A stretch of 64,000 nt of DNA from Octopus vulgaris. Taxonomy: Eukaryota. Under the pieces are notes generated by a model that had not been told where the DNA came from, made no database searches, and saw nothing but the letters and a program-made list of their open reading frames with translations. Numbering within the stretch: position 1 is the first letter of the stretch; every line of letters starts with the position of its first letter. Both the position numbers and the translations under genes were made by a program. The DNA lies in contig OX597822.1 of assembly GCA_951406725.2 (NCBI GenBank), positions 103,106,001-103,170,000 on the forward strand, read 5' to 3'. Shown piece by piece: positions 43,267 through 55,557 of the stretch.

Positions 43267-45297
43267 GTATGATCTCTCTCTCTCTTTCCTTCTCCCCTAC
43301 AGCTTCAATTAACCTTTAATTAACGAATTAACCCTTTTAAAAGAGTAAAAAAACCCCAAACCTCTATGTTTATTTTTGTTTAAATTCTTAAAACAGAAAG
43401 ATTTAATTGTTTTTCTTCCTCTTCTTCTGTCGATATTATTATATTTGGTACAATTTATGCAGTATTATCATTTCTGTACACTTTCCTGCTCAAAAGCCCT
43501 CCGAAGGTCATTTACCTAATCACCTTTTTTCCGCCCCATTTTCCTTCCTAATTAGGTTGTAGCTATTATAGCCCCACCAAAATTAGTTTATAAAACAATT
43601 TGGTATGATATGTTCCGAAGAAAATGGACTGAAATATTTTTTATTATTACTTTCGAATTATTTATCGTTGAGAACCCAGTCAACAAGGAAGCCAACATGT
43701 GGGTTTGACTGGCTGAAAAGAAATAAAAAGAAAAGGAGAAAAACCCAGTCAAAACTCTCATCCTTAGAAAAGCAAGAACACGTTATATAATATATTCCTT
43801 GATATCACTAAAATTGACGGTATGGTCACTTTTGGAATGTCTTCGATCATAGATCTGCTCGAACCAGAGCTGACCTAGGAGCTAAATGAATAATCCGCGA
43901 ACCTAACCTTACGAGGCCAGTCTTCACATTTACCCATTAGTGACAATAAAATAATTGCTTTTTACATATTTGAATGTCACTGATTAGCGAAAGTAATTAT
44001 ATTTTATATTAATGTCCTGTTTTAAAGTTCCCAGAACCATAAAAATTGCAGCTAATGATTAGTTTCATCCTGTGCACGGACCGGGACCTTGTCCTCATAC
44101 ATACATGCGACTAGTTTCAGTCATTGAACTTTGGGCTTACTTGGGCCGAGGCAACGCCTTCAATCGTTTTTAGCTATCTGATCGACCTCAGCACTTATTT
44201 AAGTTTGACTCTTATTTTATCGAAACTTATTTGTCGAGTTGCTGGTTTACGGGATGCTTGAAAAGGGCATAACACAACACCAGTTTTTATACCTATTTCT
44301 ATTTCTTTACTACCCACAAGGGGCTAAACACAGAGGGGACAAACAAGGACAGACAAACAGATTAAGTCGATTATATCGACCCCAGTGCGTAACTGGCCCT
44401 TATTTAATCGACCCCGAAAGGCTGAAAGGCAAAGTCGACCTCGGCGGAATTTGAACTCAGAACTTAACGGCAGACGAAATACGGCAGTTTTTATACCAGT
44501 GTAAACATAATCACACATGACAAGCATCTGCGCAATATACATATCTATCTATTTAAATTAAATTACACACACACAGTGTTAGATACATGAATTAAACGCA
44601 TGAGTTCGATAATCTGGCCAAGTATATGTTTCGTTTCACCGGTTTAGGAAAGCCAATGTTCATATTTGAATTAAAAGCACTGCATTTAGCCTCGGACTAA
44701 ATTACTTTACGTTCGCAATTTCCTGTTGTCGTCTTTACTTTTATTTTCTTGGGGGTCAGTAATATAAGTAAATAATTACCAGACCACTTTTTTTCCCCCC
44801 CCTTCAACACGTGTTTTGGGCTCCGTATCTCTTAATGTTAGAAATCAATATTTATGTTGCACGTCGTTGTTTTGCGTTCAAATCTTGTCAAGGTCAATTT
44901 TGCATTTCTTCTTTTGCGGGTCAATAAAATAAGTTTATGTAAAGAGCTGAAGTCGAGTGAACTCTCAGTCCCTAACAATTATTGTCTTGAGAGCCTGTGT
45001 TTATTTCAATAAATTACGTGAAATTATTACTACTGTTTTACTTGCTAGTATTTTGGTAATGGGGTCCTACCGAAAATTTCGTCATTTTTTTTTTTGTGTT
45101 AATCGAAAGAAAACGTCGTCTCTTTAAATTATTTTAACTTAACTGTTTTCAGCACAGTAAAGTTTGCGATTTCATAACTTTTACTCAAAGAACTGGTTTC
45201 ATTTGAAAGTCGAACGTCCTAACCACATTCATAGACTGAATATGAACACTGACTTTTGACTAGTTTGCCTTTCACCCCTATCAGCATAACCGAGGTC

Positions 45298-45478
45298 CTA
45301 CTTAAGGAGAGTGGTCCTTGTGCGCGCACTCGCGCATCAGCGCTAGCTAGTCGTGACTAGTCGATCCTTACTTTGTGTTTTATTTACTTTGGCTAGGTAG
45401 TCGTTTTAGGATCGACTAGTCACGACTAGCTAGCGCGAGTACGCGAGTGCGCGCACCGGGACCACTCTTCTTAAGTAG
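45298..45478. repeat. GC-rich hairpin (~70-bp arms) in PHB2 intron 1, probably a MITE
   Basis: ctacttaaggagagtggtcc..gctagctagtcgtgactagtcgatcct pairs with aggatcgactagtcacgactagctagcg..ggaccactcttcttaagtag. A similar end ggggtcctac lies at 45061. Confidence 0.8.
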
Positions 45479-48400
45479 TACCCCGAGTATTTCCGTCTGT
45501 TAACCAGTTTACACATACTTTTATTTTAGTGGAAATTAATGTTTGCAATGTAGAATAAATCGATTCAGGTTCAGAAGGAGTGGGCAGTTAATATATATAC
45601 ACCATTTCCGTCCATTTAATTGGGTTTGTGTGTTGGGGAGGTTAAATATCGGAGTTCTGATATTTCTGCTCGAAATACCAGAACCATCTCACAGCACAGA
45701 GATCCTAACTCTATCTTATTTACTGTTGCTTGCCTTCACATACCATCGCTAAATTCCTCTCATTTCTCTCTCTTTACTCTTTTACTTGTTTCAGTCATTT
45801 GACTGCGGCCATGCTGGAGCACCGCCTTTAATCGAGCAACTCGACCCCGGAACTTATTCTTTTTTTTGTAAGCCCAGTACTTATTCTATCGGTCACTTTT
45901 GCCGAACCGCTAAGTAACGGGGACATAAACACACCAGCATCGGTTGTCAAGCAATGCTAGGGGGACAAACACAGACACACAAACAAACACACATGCATAT
46001 ATATATACATATATACGACAGGCTTCTTTCAGTTTCTGTCTACCAAATCCACTCACAAGGCATTGGTCGGCCTGGGGCTATAGCAGAAGACACTTGCCCA
46101 AGATGCCACGCAGTGGGACTGAACCCGGTACCATGTGGTTGGTTAGCAAGCTACTTACCACACAGCCACTCCTGCGCCTCTCTGTTAATATTTTATTTGC
46201 GCTACTGTTGTACACGGCCACTTAACCCCGTAATGTACACCACGTCAGATGGGAGGGTCCCAAAACGCCTATATAGTGATCAGGCTTCTGGCTAGGGAGC
46301 AAATGGATCCCCCCCCACCCCACAAACCATCATCGTTTTAAAGATGTTTGCAAGAGCGACATGGGGCCTCTTTACATAAACGTTGTAAAGTGGGAGGATA
46401 TTACTGATGATTGCTTCCGTTGATGTGAGAAGTGGACAAGGGTTTAGGAAGCCAAGAAATATATATTTGAAGAAAGTGCAGCATTAAGACAAGACTAGTA
46501 GACATTGTCTTCAACTGTAGCTGGGACTGCCACTCGCATGTGGGTTTCTAGTCACAACATATACTGTTCTGCCAAACAAGACTATCCATCTGCAGATCCA
46601 TGGTCCGATAAGACCATGGATGACTCTACAGTTCTGCATATAATTACTGATGCTTCAAACAGTATGGCAACGGCCACGTTCTGATGGTGCTGGTGGCATG
46701 TAAAAGAACCATCCAAAAGTGGCCGTTGCCAGCGCCGCCTCGACTGGCCTCTGTGCCAGTGGCACGTAAAAAGCACCAACCAATCGTGGCTGTTGCCAGC
46801 CTCGCCTGGCACCTGTGCCGGTGACACATAAAAAGCACCCACTACACTCATGGAGTGGTTGGCGTTAGGAATGGCATCAGGCTGTAGAAACACTGCCAGA
46901 TCAGAATGGAGCCTGGTGCAGCCTCCTGGCTTCCCAGATCCCAGTCGAACTGTCCGACCCATGCATGGAAAGCGGATGTTAAACGACGATGATGAATCTG
47001 AAATGCACTATTTATGTGTACTATTTAACTTTTTTAGTTAAACCATGATATTCTTACCAAAATATCAAGACTTCACTAAGACAGCCCAGAGAACGTTTTT
47101 CGCTAAAAATAGCCCTAAAGGATCCCTTTCTATGGACACATGGATACATAGCCTTTAAACAGATCCCCAGTAGGACTGAAACCAAGTTAAGCTGGTAGTT
47201 TTTCTGTCCACTGAGAGGTTAAACAGATATTTGTTTACAGTCATCCGAGTATTCAGTTCTGCATTGTGTTTGTGTGTTGGGGAGGTTAAATAACTATTTC
47301 TTTACTACCCACAAGGGGCTAAACACAGGGGACAGACAAACGGATTAAGTCGATTACATCGACCCCTGTGCGTAACTGGTACTTATTTAATTGACCCCGA
47401 AAGGATGAAAGGCAAAGTCGACCTCAGCGGAATTTGAACTCATAACATAGCGGAAGACGAAATACCGCTAAGCATTTTGCCCGGCATGCTAGCGTTTCTG
47501 CCAGCTTGCGAGGTTAAATAATGGAGTTCGGATGGTTATGAAATTTACATTGCTTACAAAAGTTACTCCATGTAAATTTCTACATATTGCCTCACAATGG
47601 TTATTTGCTCTTTAATTTATAATTATGCTAAAGGACATTTTATTGCATTATATATCCCTCTTTCAAGCTCCCTCTCAGTTACACCCATCCCCTCTTCCAT
47701 AATGTAAGTAGCCATGTAGCTCATCTATAGTACAAAACCTTAGTCTATTCTAGCCTCTTATCTCTTACTTCAGCGTCTCATCTCCTAGTGTAGAGTTTCC
47801 TACCTCTCTAGTGTAGCCCAAATTAGTTAAAAGGGATCTTAGTCTTGGGAGCTGCATGGCAACCTGATTTTGCTGGCGACACAAACAAAGCACTGCAACC
47901 ATTTTGCCAGTGGTTGGCATTAGGAAGGGCATCCAGCCATAAAAGACAGACATGGGAACATGATGCAGTCCTTGGACCCATTGGATCCTGTCAAATCATC
48001 CGGCTTATGTTAGTATGGAAGATGGACCTTAAAAGACAAGGATATTCATGCTTAAAGTAGTATTGAGAATTTCATGGTACAACAGTCTCCTTCAGAATTT
48101 GTCTCTAGTGAACATCTGCTTAAGCCTGCTCAAATTTTCCTCACTTGATTATGCCAGCCAAATCAAATTCGATGACTGGCATCCATGCTAGCGGGGTGCA
48201 AAGAGCACCATATGAGTGTGATTGTTGACAGAGCGGCTAACCGGCCTCCGTGCCAGTGGCACATAAAAGACACCATTCGAGTGTGATCGTTGTCAGTGTT
48301 GCCTTACTGGCACCTGTGCCCATGCTAGTAGGGTGCCAAGAGCACCATCTGAGCGTGATCGTTGCCAGAGCGGCTAACTGGCTTCCGAGCCAGTGGCATG

Positions 48401-50524
48401 TAAAAGGCACCATTCAAGCGTGATCGTTACCAGCGTTGCCTTACCGGCACCCGTGCCGGTGGCATGTGTAAAATGATTCGAGCGAGGTCATTGCCAGTAC
48501 CGCCTGACTGGCCCCCATGCCGGTGGCACGTAAGAAGCACCCACTACACTCTTGGAGTCATTGGCGTTAGGAAGGGCATCCAGCTGTAGAAACTCTGCCC
48601 AATCAAGATTGAAGCTTGGTGCAGCCATCTGGTTCCCCAGCCCTCAGTCAAATCGTCCAACCCATGCTAGCATGGAAAGTGGATGTTAAACGATGATGAT
48701 GATGATAATGACAGCTCAAGGGTAACAATTGCAGGCAAACCTATGGACAGAATCAGCTGCATCTACTTTTTCTGCTTCTGTTGTTCATTACCGCTTTACT
48801 GGGAATCTAGCTGAGACAATGTTCCCCCTATTCCTACTAGAGTGGGAACATGGAATGGCAAGATTAATAATCCTTTCTACTATAGGCACAAGAGCTGAAA
48901 TTTGGGTGGGTAGGGGGCCAGTTGATTAGATCAATCCCAGTATCAACTGCTACTTAATTTAATGACTCTGAAAGGATAAAAGGCAAAGTCGACCTCGGCG
49001 GAATTTGAACTTGGAATGTAGCGACTGGTGAAATACCACTAAGCATTTAGCCCAGCTTGCTAATGATTCTGCCAGCTTGCCGTCCTTTGGCAGGGTTAAT
49101 AATGATAATAATTTCACTAAATTCTTCATTATATTCGCAATTAACTGAAATGAAGGCAAGGTCTTTCATTTATAACAGTGGTTCTCATCTGGGGTTGATA
49201 TGGCCCCTTGTGGTCCATATAAGATTTTAGGGGGTTCACACAAGGTAAAGAGCAGAGTGGGTCCACAGTAATAAACAGCTAGGTACTTTTTCTCTAATGT
49301 TTTACATTGGTTGGCATTAGGAAGGGCATCCAGCCGTAGAAACACTGCCAGATCAGACTGGGCCTGATGCAGCCTTCTGGCTTCACAGACCCCAGTTGAA
49401 CCGTCCAACCCATGCTAGCATGGAAAGCAGATGCTAAATGATGATGATGATGATGATGATTTCAGCCTACACAAGTGAATGTGTGATAGATGAAATCGGA
49501 TTTTTTATTTTGAAAGGAATATCTATAAAACTTAGTTTTTAACCTTTTAGCATTTAATCTGGCCATATCTGACCCAAATATTCTACCCTTTTTTTTATGT
49601 TAAAACTGATCAGATCTATCCTCTCACACCTACCCTACAATGTCATTCTAAAAATATATGATCACTATTGAAATCTCTAAGCTACAACATAATGCATGAT
49701 TAATTCTGCTCACAAAGTATTACTCCACGTGAGACTGTAGTAGAAGACACCTAAAGTACTATGTTGTGAGATTGAAACCTAATTACTATAATGCATGTGA
49801 AGGCACATGGCCTAGTGGTTAGAGCAACAGACTCACGGTCGAGGGATCTCCTGTTCGAATCTTGGACTGAGCGGTGTGTGTGTGTTTATGAGCGAAACAC
49901 CTAAGCTCCACGCAGCTCCGGCAGAAGGTAATGGCGAAACTTCTGCTGACTCTTTCGCCACAACTTTCTCTCACTCTTTCCTCCTGCATCTTGCAGTTCA
50001 CCTGCGATGGACCGGCATTCCATCCAGGTGGGGAACCTATATGCCAAGGAAACCCGGGAAACCGGCCCTTATGAGCCAGGCATGGCTCGAAAAGGAACAA
50101 ACAACAAATTATAATGCATGTTTTTTTTTAATACACATACTATACTTTTGAAGGTGCATGGTTCAGTGGCTAGAGTGTTGGGTTCAGGGTTCACAATCAT
50201 GAGGTTGTGAGTTCGAATCCCGGACCTGGCTGTGTATTGTGTTATTGAGCAAGACACTTAATTTCACATTGCTCCAGTTCACTCAGTTGTAGAAGTGAGT
50301 CACGGCATCACTGGTTCCAAGCTGTATCAGCTCATTTGCCTTTCCCTTGGATAACATCAGTGGCATGGAAAGAGAGGAGGCTGATATGCATGGGCGACTG
50401 CTGGTCTTCCATAAACAGCCTTGCCTGGACTTCTGCCTGGGAGGGTAACTTTCTAGGTGCAAACCCATAGTCCTTCATGACTGGAAGGGTCTTTTATACC
50501 TGTACCCGTGTTAATTTTTGCCTT

Positions 50525-50750
50525 TAACCCTTTAGTGTTCTGATTATTCTATCAAACATAATGCCTATTGATTCCCATTGATTTGAATTAATCATGCATT
50601 ATCTCATATCTTCAAGATCTTGATGGTGAAATTACTTAATGTAGAATAACATTGTAGGGTAGGTGTGAGAGCCTGGATCTGGTCATGCTTGAACATAAAA
50701 CAGGTTAACTATTTTGGCCGGATATGGCCGGTTTAAATACTAAAGGGTTA
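50525..50750. mobile_element. piggyBac-type MITE immediately upstream of PHB2 exon 2
   Basis: TTAA-CCCTTTAG ... CTAAAGGG-TTAA. Related copies at ~21412-21627, 49540-49705 (opposite orientation) and 58685-58905. Confidence 0.8.
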
Positions 50751-50798
50751 AGGATATTTCCTTGTATTTTTATTTAATTCTTTTTCGTCTTTTGACAG

Positions 50799-50880
50799 TT
50801 GAAGGTGGTCATAGAGCCATTATTTTCAGTCGAATTGGCGGTATTAAAAAGGACATTTATGTAGAAGGGCTGCATTTCAG
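50799..50880 (+). CDS. PHB2: Prohibitin-2 exon 2
   Basis: tttgacag|(V)[26 protein letters not shown](R)|gtgag. 82 nt, in frame with exon 1. Confidence 0.95.
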
Positions 50881-51543
50881 GTGAGAATTAATTTGTTTTT
50901 GCACTTTTGAGCTTATGTTGTGGTATATAAATTAAATGCTTTCATAATTCTAGGCCATGGTGCTTGGTCTTGCACCTGTTATGCAACTGCATTAAATGCA
51001 GAGCAATTTTGTTATACACCCAAAGTTTTAGAAAATGCTTCTTAAAAACTGGCAAATATTGTAAATTTTGTTTTATATTATAGGCTAATATTTTATAAAC
51101 TGTAATACCTTATATATAATCTACTATATTTTGAGAAGTACATATTGGAGGCGCAATGGCCCAGTGGTTAGGGCAGCTGACTCTCGGTCGTAGGATCGCA
51201 GTTTCAATTCCCAGACAAGGCGTTGTGAGTGTTTATTGAGTGAAAACACCTAAAAGCTCCATGAAGCTCCGGCAAAGGGTGGTGGCGATCCCTGCTGTAC
51301 TCTTTCACCTCAATTTTCTCTCACTCTTTCTTCTGTCGGCCTGCTCTCTTAGCCAGCGGGGTGGCGTCATTTGAAGACTAAAACAATGCGAAGCGCATTG
51401 TGACCAGCGATGTGTAGCAACATCTGATAGCCTGGTCGGTCATGGTGGTCACAGTGATATATTGAAAAAGTACTTTCAGTTGTTTCCTTCTTCATAAGCC
51501 ATTTCCATTTTAATGATTGAACTCTTGAATTATTTCTTTCTAG

Positions 51544-51623
51544 GGTTCCATGGTTTCACTACCCTATTATTTATGATATTCGTGCTCGGCCAAGGAAATT
51601 GTCTTCCCCGACTGGTAGTAAAG
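51544..51623 (+). CDS. PHB2: Prohibitin-2 exon 3
   Basis: tttctag|(R)[26 protein letters not shown](D)|gtaac. 80 nt. Confidence 0.95.
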
Positions 51624-52300
51624 GTAACAAGAGCTTCACATTATTATATTTTTGCATTTCATTTGTACTCATCATCATCATCATCAGCATCGTTTAACGT
51701 CCGCTTTCCATGCTAGCATGGGTTGGACGGTTCAACTGGGGTCTGGGGAGCCTGAAGGCTGCACCAGGCCAGTCTGATCTGGCAGTGTTTCTACAGCTGG
51801 ATGCCCTTCCTAACGCCAACCACTCCGAGAGTGTAGTGGGTGATTTTATGTGCCACCGACACAGGTGCCAGACGAGGCTGGGAGACGGCCACGCTCGGAT
51901 GGTGTTTTTTATGTACCACCGACACAGGTGCCAGACGAGGCTGGCGAACGGCCACGCTTGGATGGTGTTTTTTTACGTGCCACCGACACGGGTGCCAGAC
52001 GAGGCTGGCGAACGGCCACGGTACTATTTTAATAATTAGTTTCCCAGTTTTGAGATTGTGCTAACATATTCTAAAGCGATTCGTAAGGATACTCTTTTAC
52101 TCTCTTTTACTTGTTCCAGTCAGTTGGCTGCGGCCATGCTGGAGCACCGCCTTTAGTCTAGCAAATCGACCCCGGGACTTATTCTTTGTAAGCCCAGTAC
52201 TTATTCTATCGGTCTCTTTTGCCGAACCGCTAAGTGACGGGGACGTAAACACACCAGCATCGGTTGTCAAGCAATGCTAGGGGGACAAACACACACACAA

Positions 52301-52335
<35 letters not shown>

Positions 52336-52834
52336 ACCCATGCTAGCATGGAGAACGGACGTTAAACGACGATATATATACATATGATGATGATGATGAT
52401 GATCCTGCATAAAAGCAGCCAATACACTTTGCAAAGCGGTCGACAGTAGGAGGAACATTCAGTTGTAGACTGGAACCCAGGCAGTTTCTACCAAATCCAC
52501 TCACAAGGCATTGGTCAGCCCGGGGCTATAGCAGAAGACACTTGCCCAAGATGCCACGCAGTGGGACTGAACCCGGAACCATGTGGTTGGTTAGCAAGCT
52601 ACTTACCACACAGCCACTCCTGTGATGTATTTTTTCTAAGGAGGAATTATAAAAAAACACTATCTTTTACTTGTTTCTGTCATTAGATGGAGATACTGCC
52701 CTAAAAACTTTTTAGAACTCAAACCCTGATACTTATTCTATTGGTTCTCATTTGCTGAACTGCTAAGTTACAGGCGTTTAAAGAAACCAACACTTATTGT
52801 CAAGCAATGTGGAGGGATAAACACACACACATAC

Positions 52835-52870
<36 letters not shown>

Positions 52871-53263
52871 TCGCTTCCACAGGCTTAGCCAATACGCAGG
52901 ATGAAAAATATCAGCTAAGTCCTGTTCCTTCTTTTCATTGTTTTTGCAAGTATCATCATCACCATCAAGCCTTCTTATTATTATTGTTTCCCCATATATT
53001 GGCGTTATTGTTGTCTTTCGTCTCAAATGCTAGCTGAAGCATATAAACTTTCATTCACAAAAACTTCGCAAAAACATCTCGTCTCAAATTTGGTCTTTCT
53101 TTCTGTCGCTAAATTCTCTAACCCATCTTTTCCCAACTTCCACTCATAGAAACTTATGCACACGATCGCAAAGCATTCCATCTCAAATCCTGTCTTTCTT
53201 TCTGCCGCCTAAAAATCTCATCTTCTCCCATTGCGCGGTGTCGTTTTGTCCCTCTGTTATCAC

Positions 53264-53328
<65 letters not shown>

Positions 53329-53790
53329 ATGTGGTGTCGGTTTCTCCCTCTGTTATCACTGTCTCTCTCTCTCTCTGTATATATATCTCGCCTTCACTCG
53401 CTTCCACAGGCTTAGCCAATACGCAGGATGAAAAATATCAGCTAAGTCCTGTTCCTTCTTTTCATTGTTTTTGCAAGTATCATCATCACCATCAAGCCTT
53501 CTTATTATTATTGTTTCCCCATATATTGGCGTTATCGTTGTCTTTCGTCTCAAATGCTAGCTGAAGCATATAAACTTTCATTCACAAAAACTTCGCAAAA
53601 ACATCTCGTCTCAAATTTGGTCTTTCTTTCTGTCGCTAAATTCTCTAACCCATCTTTTCCCAACTTCCACTCATAGAAACTTATGCACACGATCGCAAAG
53701 CATTCCATCTCAAATCCTGTCTTTCTTTCTGCCGCCTAAAAATCTCATCTTCTCCCATTGCGCGGTGTCGTTTTGTCCCTCTGTTATCAC

Positions 53791-53827
<37 letters not shown>

Positions 53828-54303
53828 CTCTCTCTCTCGCTATGTGGTGTCGGTTTCTCCCTCTGTTATCACTGTCTCTCTCTCTCTCTGTATATATATC
53901 TCGCCTTCACTCGCTTCCACAGGCTTAGCCAATACACAGGATGAAAAATATCAGCTAAGTCCTGTTCCTTCTTTTCATTGTTTTTGCAAGTATCATCATC
54001 ACCATCAAGCCTTCTTATTATTATTGTTTCCCCATATATTGGCGTTATCGTTGTCTTTCGTCTCAAATGCTAGCTGAAGCATATAAACTTTCATTCACAA
54101 AAACTTCGCAAAAACATCTCGTCTCAAATTTGGTCTTTCTTTCTGTCGCTAAATTCTCTAACCCATCTTTTCCCAACTTCCACTCATAGAAACTTATGCA
54201 CACGATCGCAAAGCATTCCATCTCAAATCCTGTCTTTCTTTCTGCCGCCTAAAAATCTCATCTTCTCCCATTGCGCGGTGTCGTTTTGTCCCTCTGTTAT
54301 CAC

Positions 54304-54354
<51 letters not shown>

Positions 54355-54816
54355 ATGTGGTGTCGGTTTCTCCCTCTGTTATCACTGTCTCTCTCTCTCT
54401 CTGTATATATATCTCGCCTTCACTCGCTTCCACAGGCTTAGCCAATACGCAGGATGAAAAATATCAGCTAAGTCCTGTTCCTTCTTTTCATTGTTTTTGC
54501 AAGTATCATCATCACCATCAAGCCTTCTTATTATTATTGTTTCCCCATATATTGGCGTTATCGTTGTCTTTCGTCTCAAATGCTAGCTGAAGCATATAAA
54601 CTTTCATTCACAAAAACTTCGCAAAAACATCTCGTCTCAAATTTGGTCTTTCTTTCTGTCGCTAAATTCTCTAACCCATCTTTTCCCAACTTCCACTCAT
54701 AGAAACTTATGCACACGATCGCAAAGCATTCCATCTCAAATCCTGTCTTTCTTTCTGCCGCCTAAAAATCTCATCTTCTCCCATTGCGCGGTGTCGTTTT
54801 GTCCCTCTGTTATCAC

Positions 54817-54865
<49 letters not shown>

Positions 54866-55303
54866 ATGTGGTGTCGGTTTCTCCCTCTGTTATCACTGTC
54901 TCTCTCTCTCTCTGTATATATATCTCGCCTTCACTCGCTTCCACAGGCTTAGCCAATACGCAGGATGAAAAATATCAGCTAAGTCCTGTTCCTTCTTTTC
55001 ATTGTTTTTGCAAGTATCATCATCACCATCAAGCCTTCTTATTATTATTGTTTCCCCATATATTGGCGTTATCGTTGTCTTTCGTCTCAAATGCTAGCTG
55101 AAGCATATAAACTTTCATTCACAAAAACTTCGCAAAAACATCTCGTCTCAAATTTGGTCTTTCTTTCTGTCGCTAAATTCTCTAACCCATCTTTTCCCAA
55201 CTTCCACTCATAGAAACTTATGCACACGATCGCAAAGCATTCCATCTCAAATCCTGTCTTTCTTTCTGCCGCCTAAAAATCTCATCTTCTCCCATTGCGC
55301 GGT
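52871..55303 (+). repeat. ~511-527-bp tandem array, ~4.7 near-identical units
   Basis: Unit start tcgcttccacaggc at 52871, 53398, 53911, 54424 and 54935. Length differences come from an internal (CT)n. Confidence 0.97.
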
Positions 55304-55314
55304 GCGCCCGCCCT

Positions 55315-55557
55315 CCCACCCCCACCACCAATACCACCCCCACCACCAATACCACCCCCACCACCAATACCACCCCCACCACCAATACCACCCCCACCAC
55401 CAATACCACCAATACCCCCCCCCACCACCAATACCACCCCCACCACCAATACCACCCCCACCACCAATACCACCCCCACCACCAATACCACCCCCCCACC
55501 ACCAATACCACCCCCACCACCAATACCACCACCCCCACCGCCAATACCACCAATACC
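55315..55557. repeat. 18-bp C-rich minisatellite (cccaccaccaataccacc)
   Basis: Direct reading. It explains the spurious poly-Pro/poly-Gly ORFs. Confidence 0.95.

Noticed and set aside
52778-55101. Tandem family of 65-108-aa ORFs
   Set aside because: Non-ATG starts, frames that depend on (CT)n length, and no recognisable domain. These are by-products of the tandem array.
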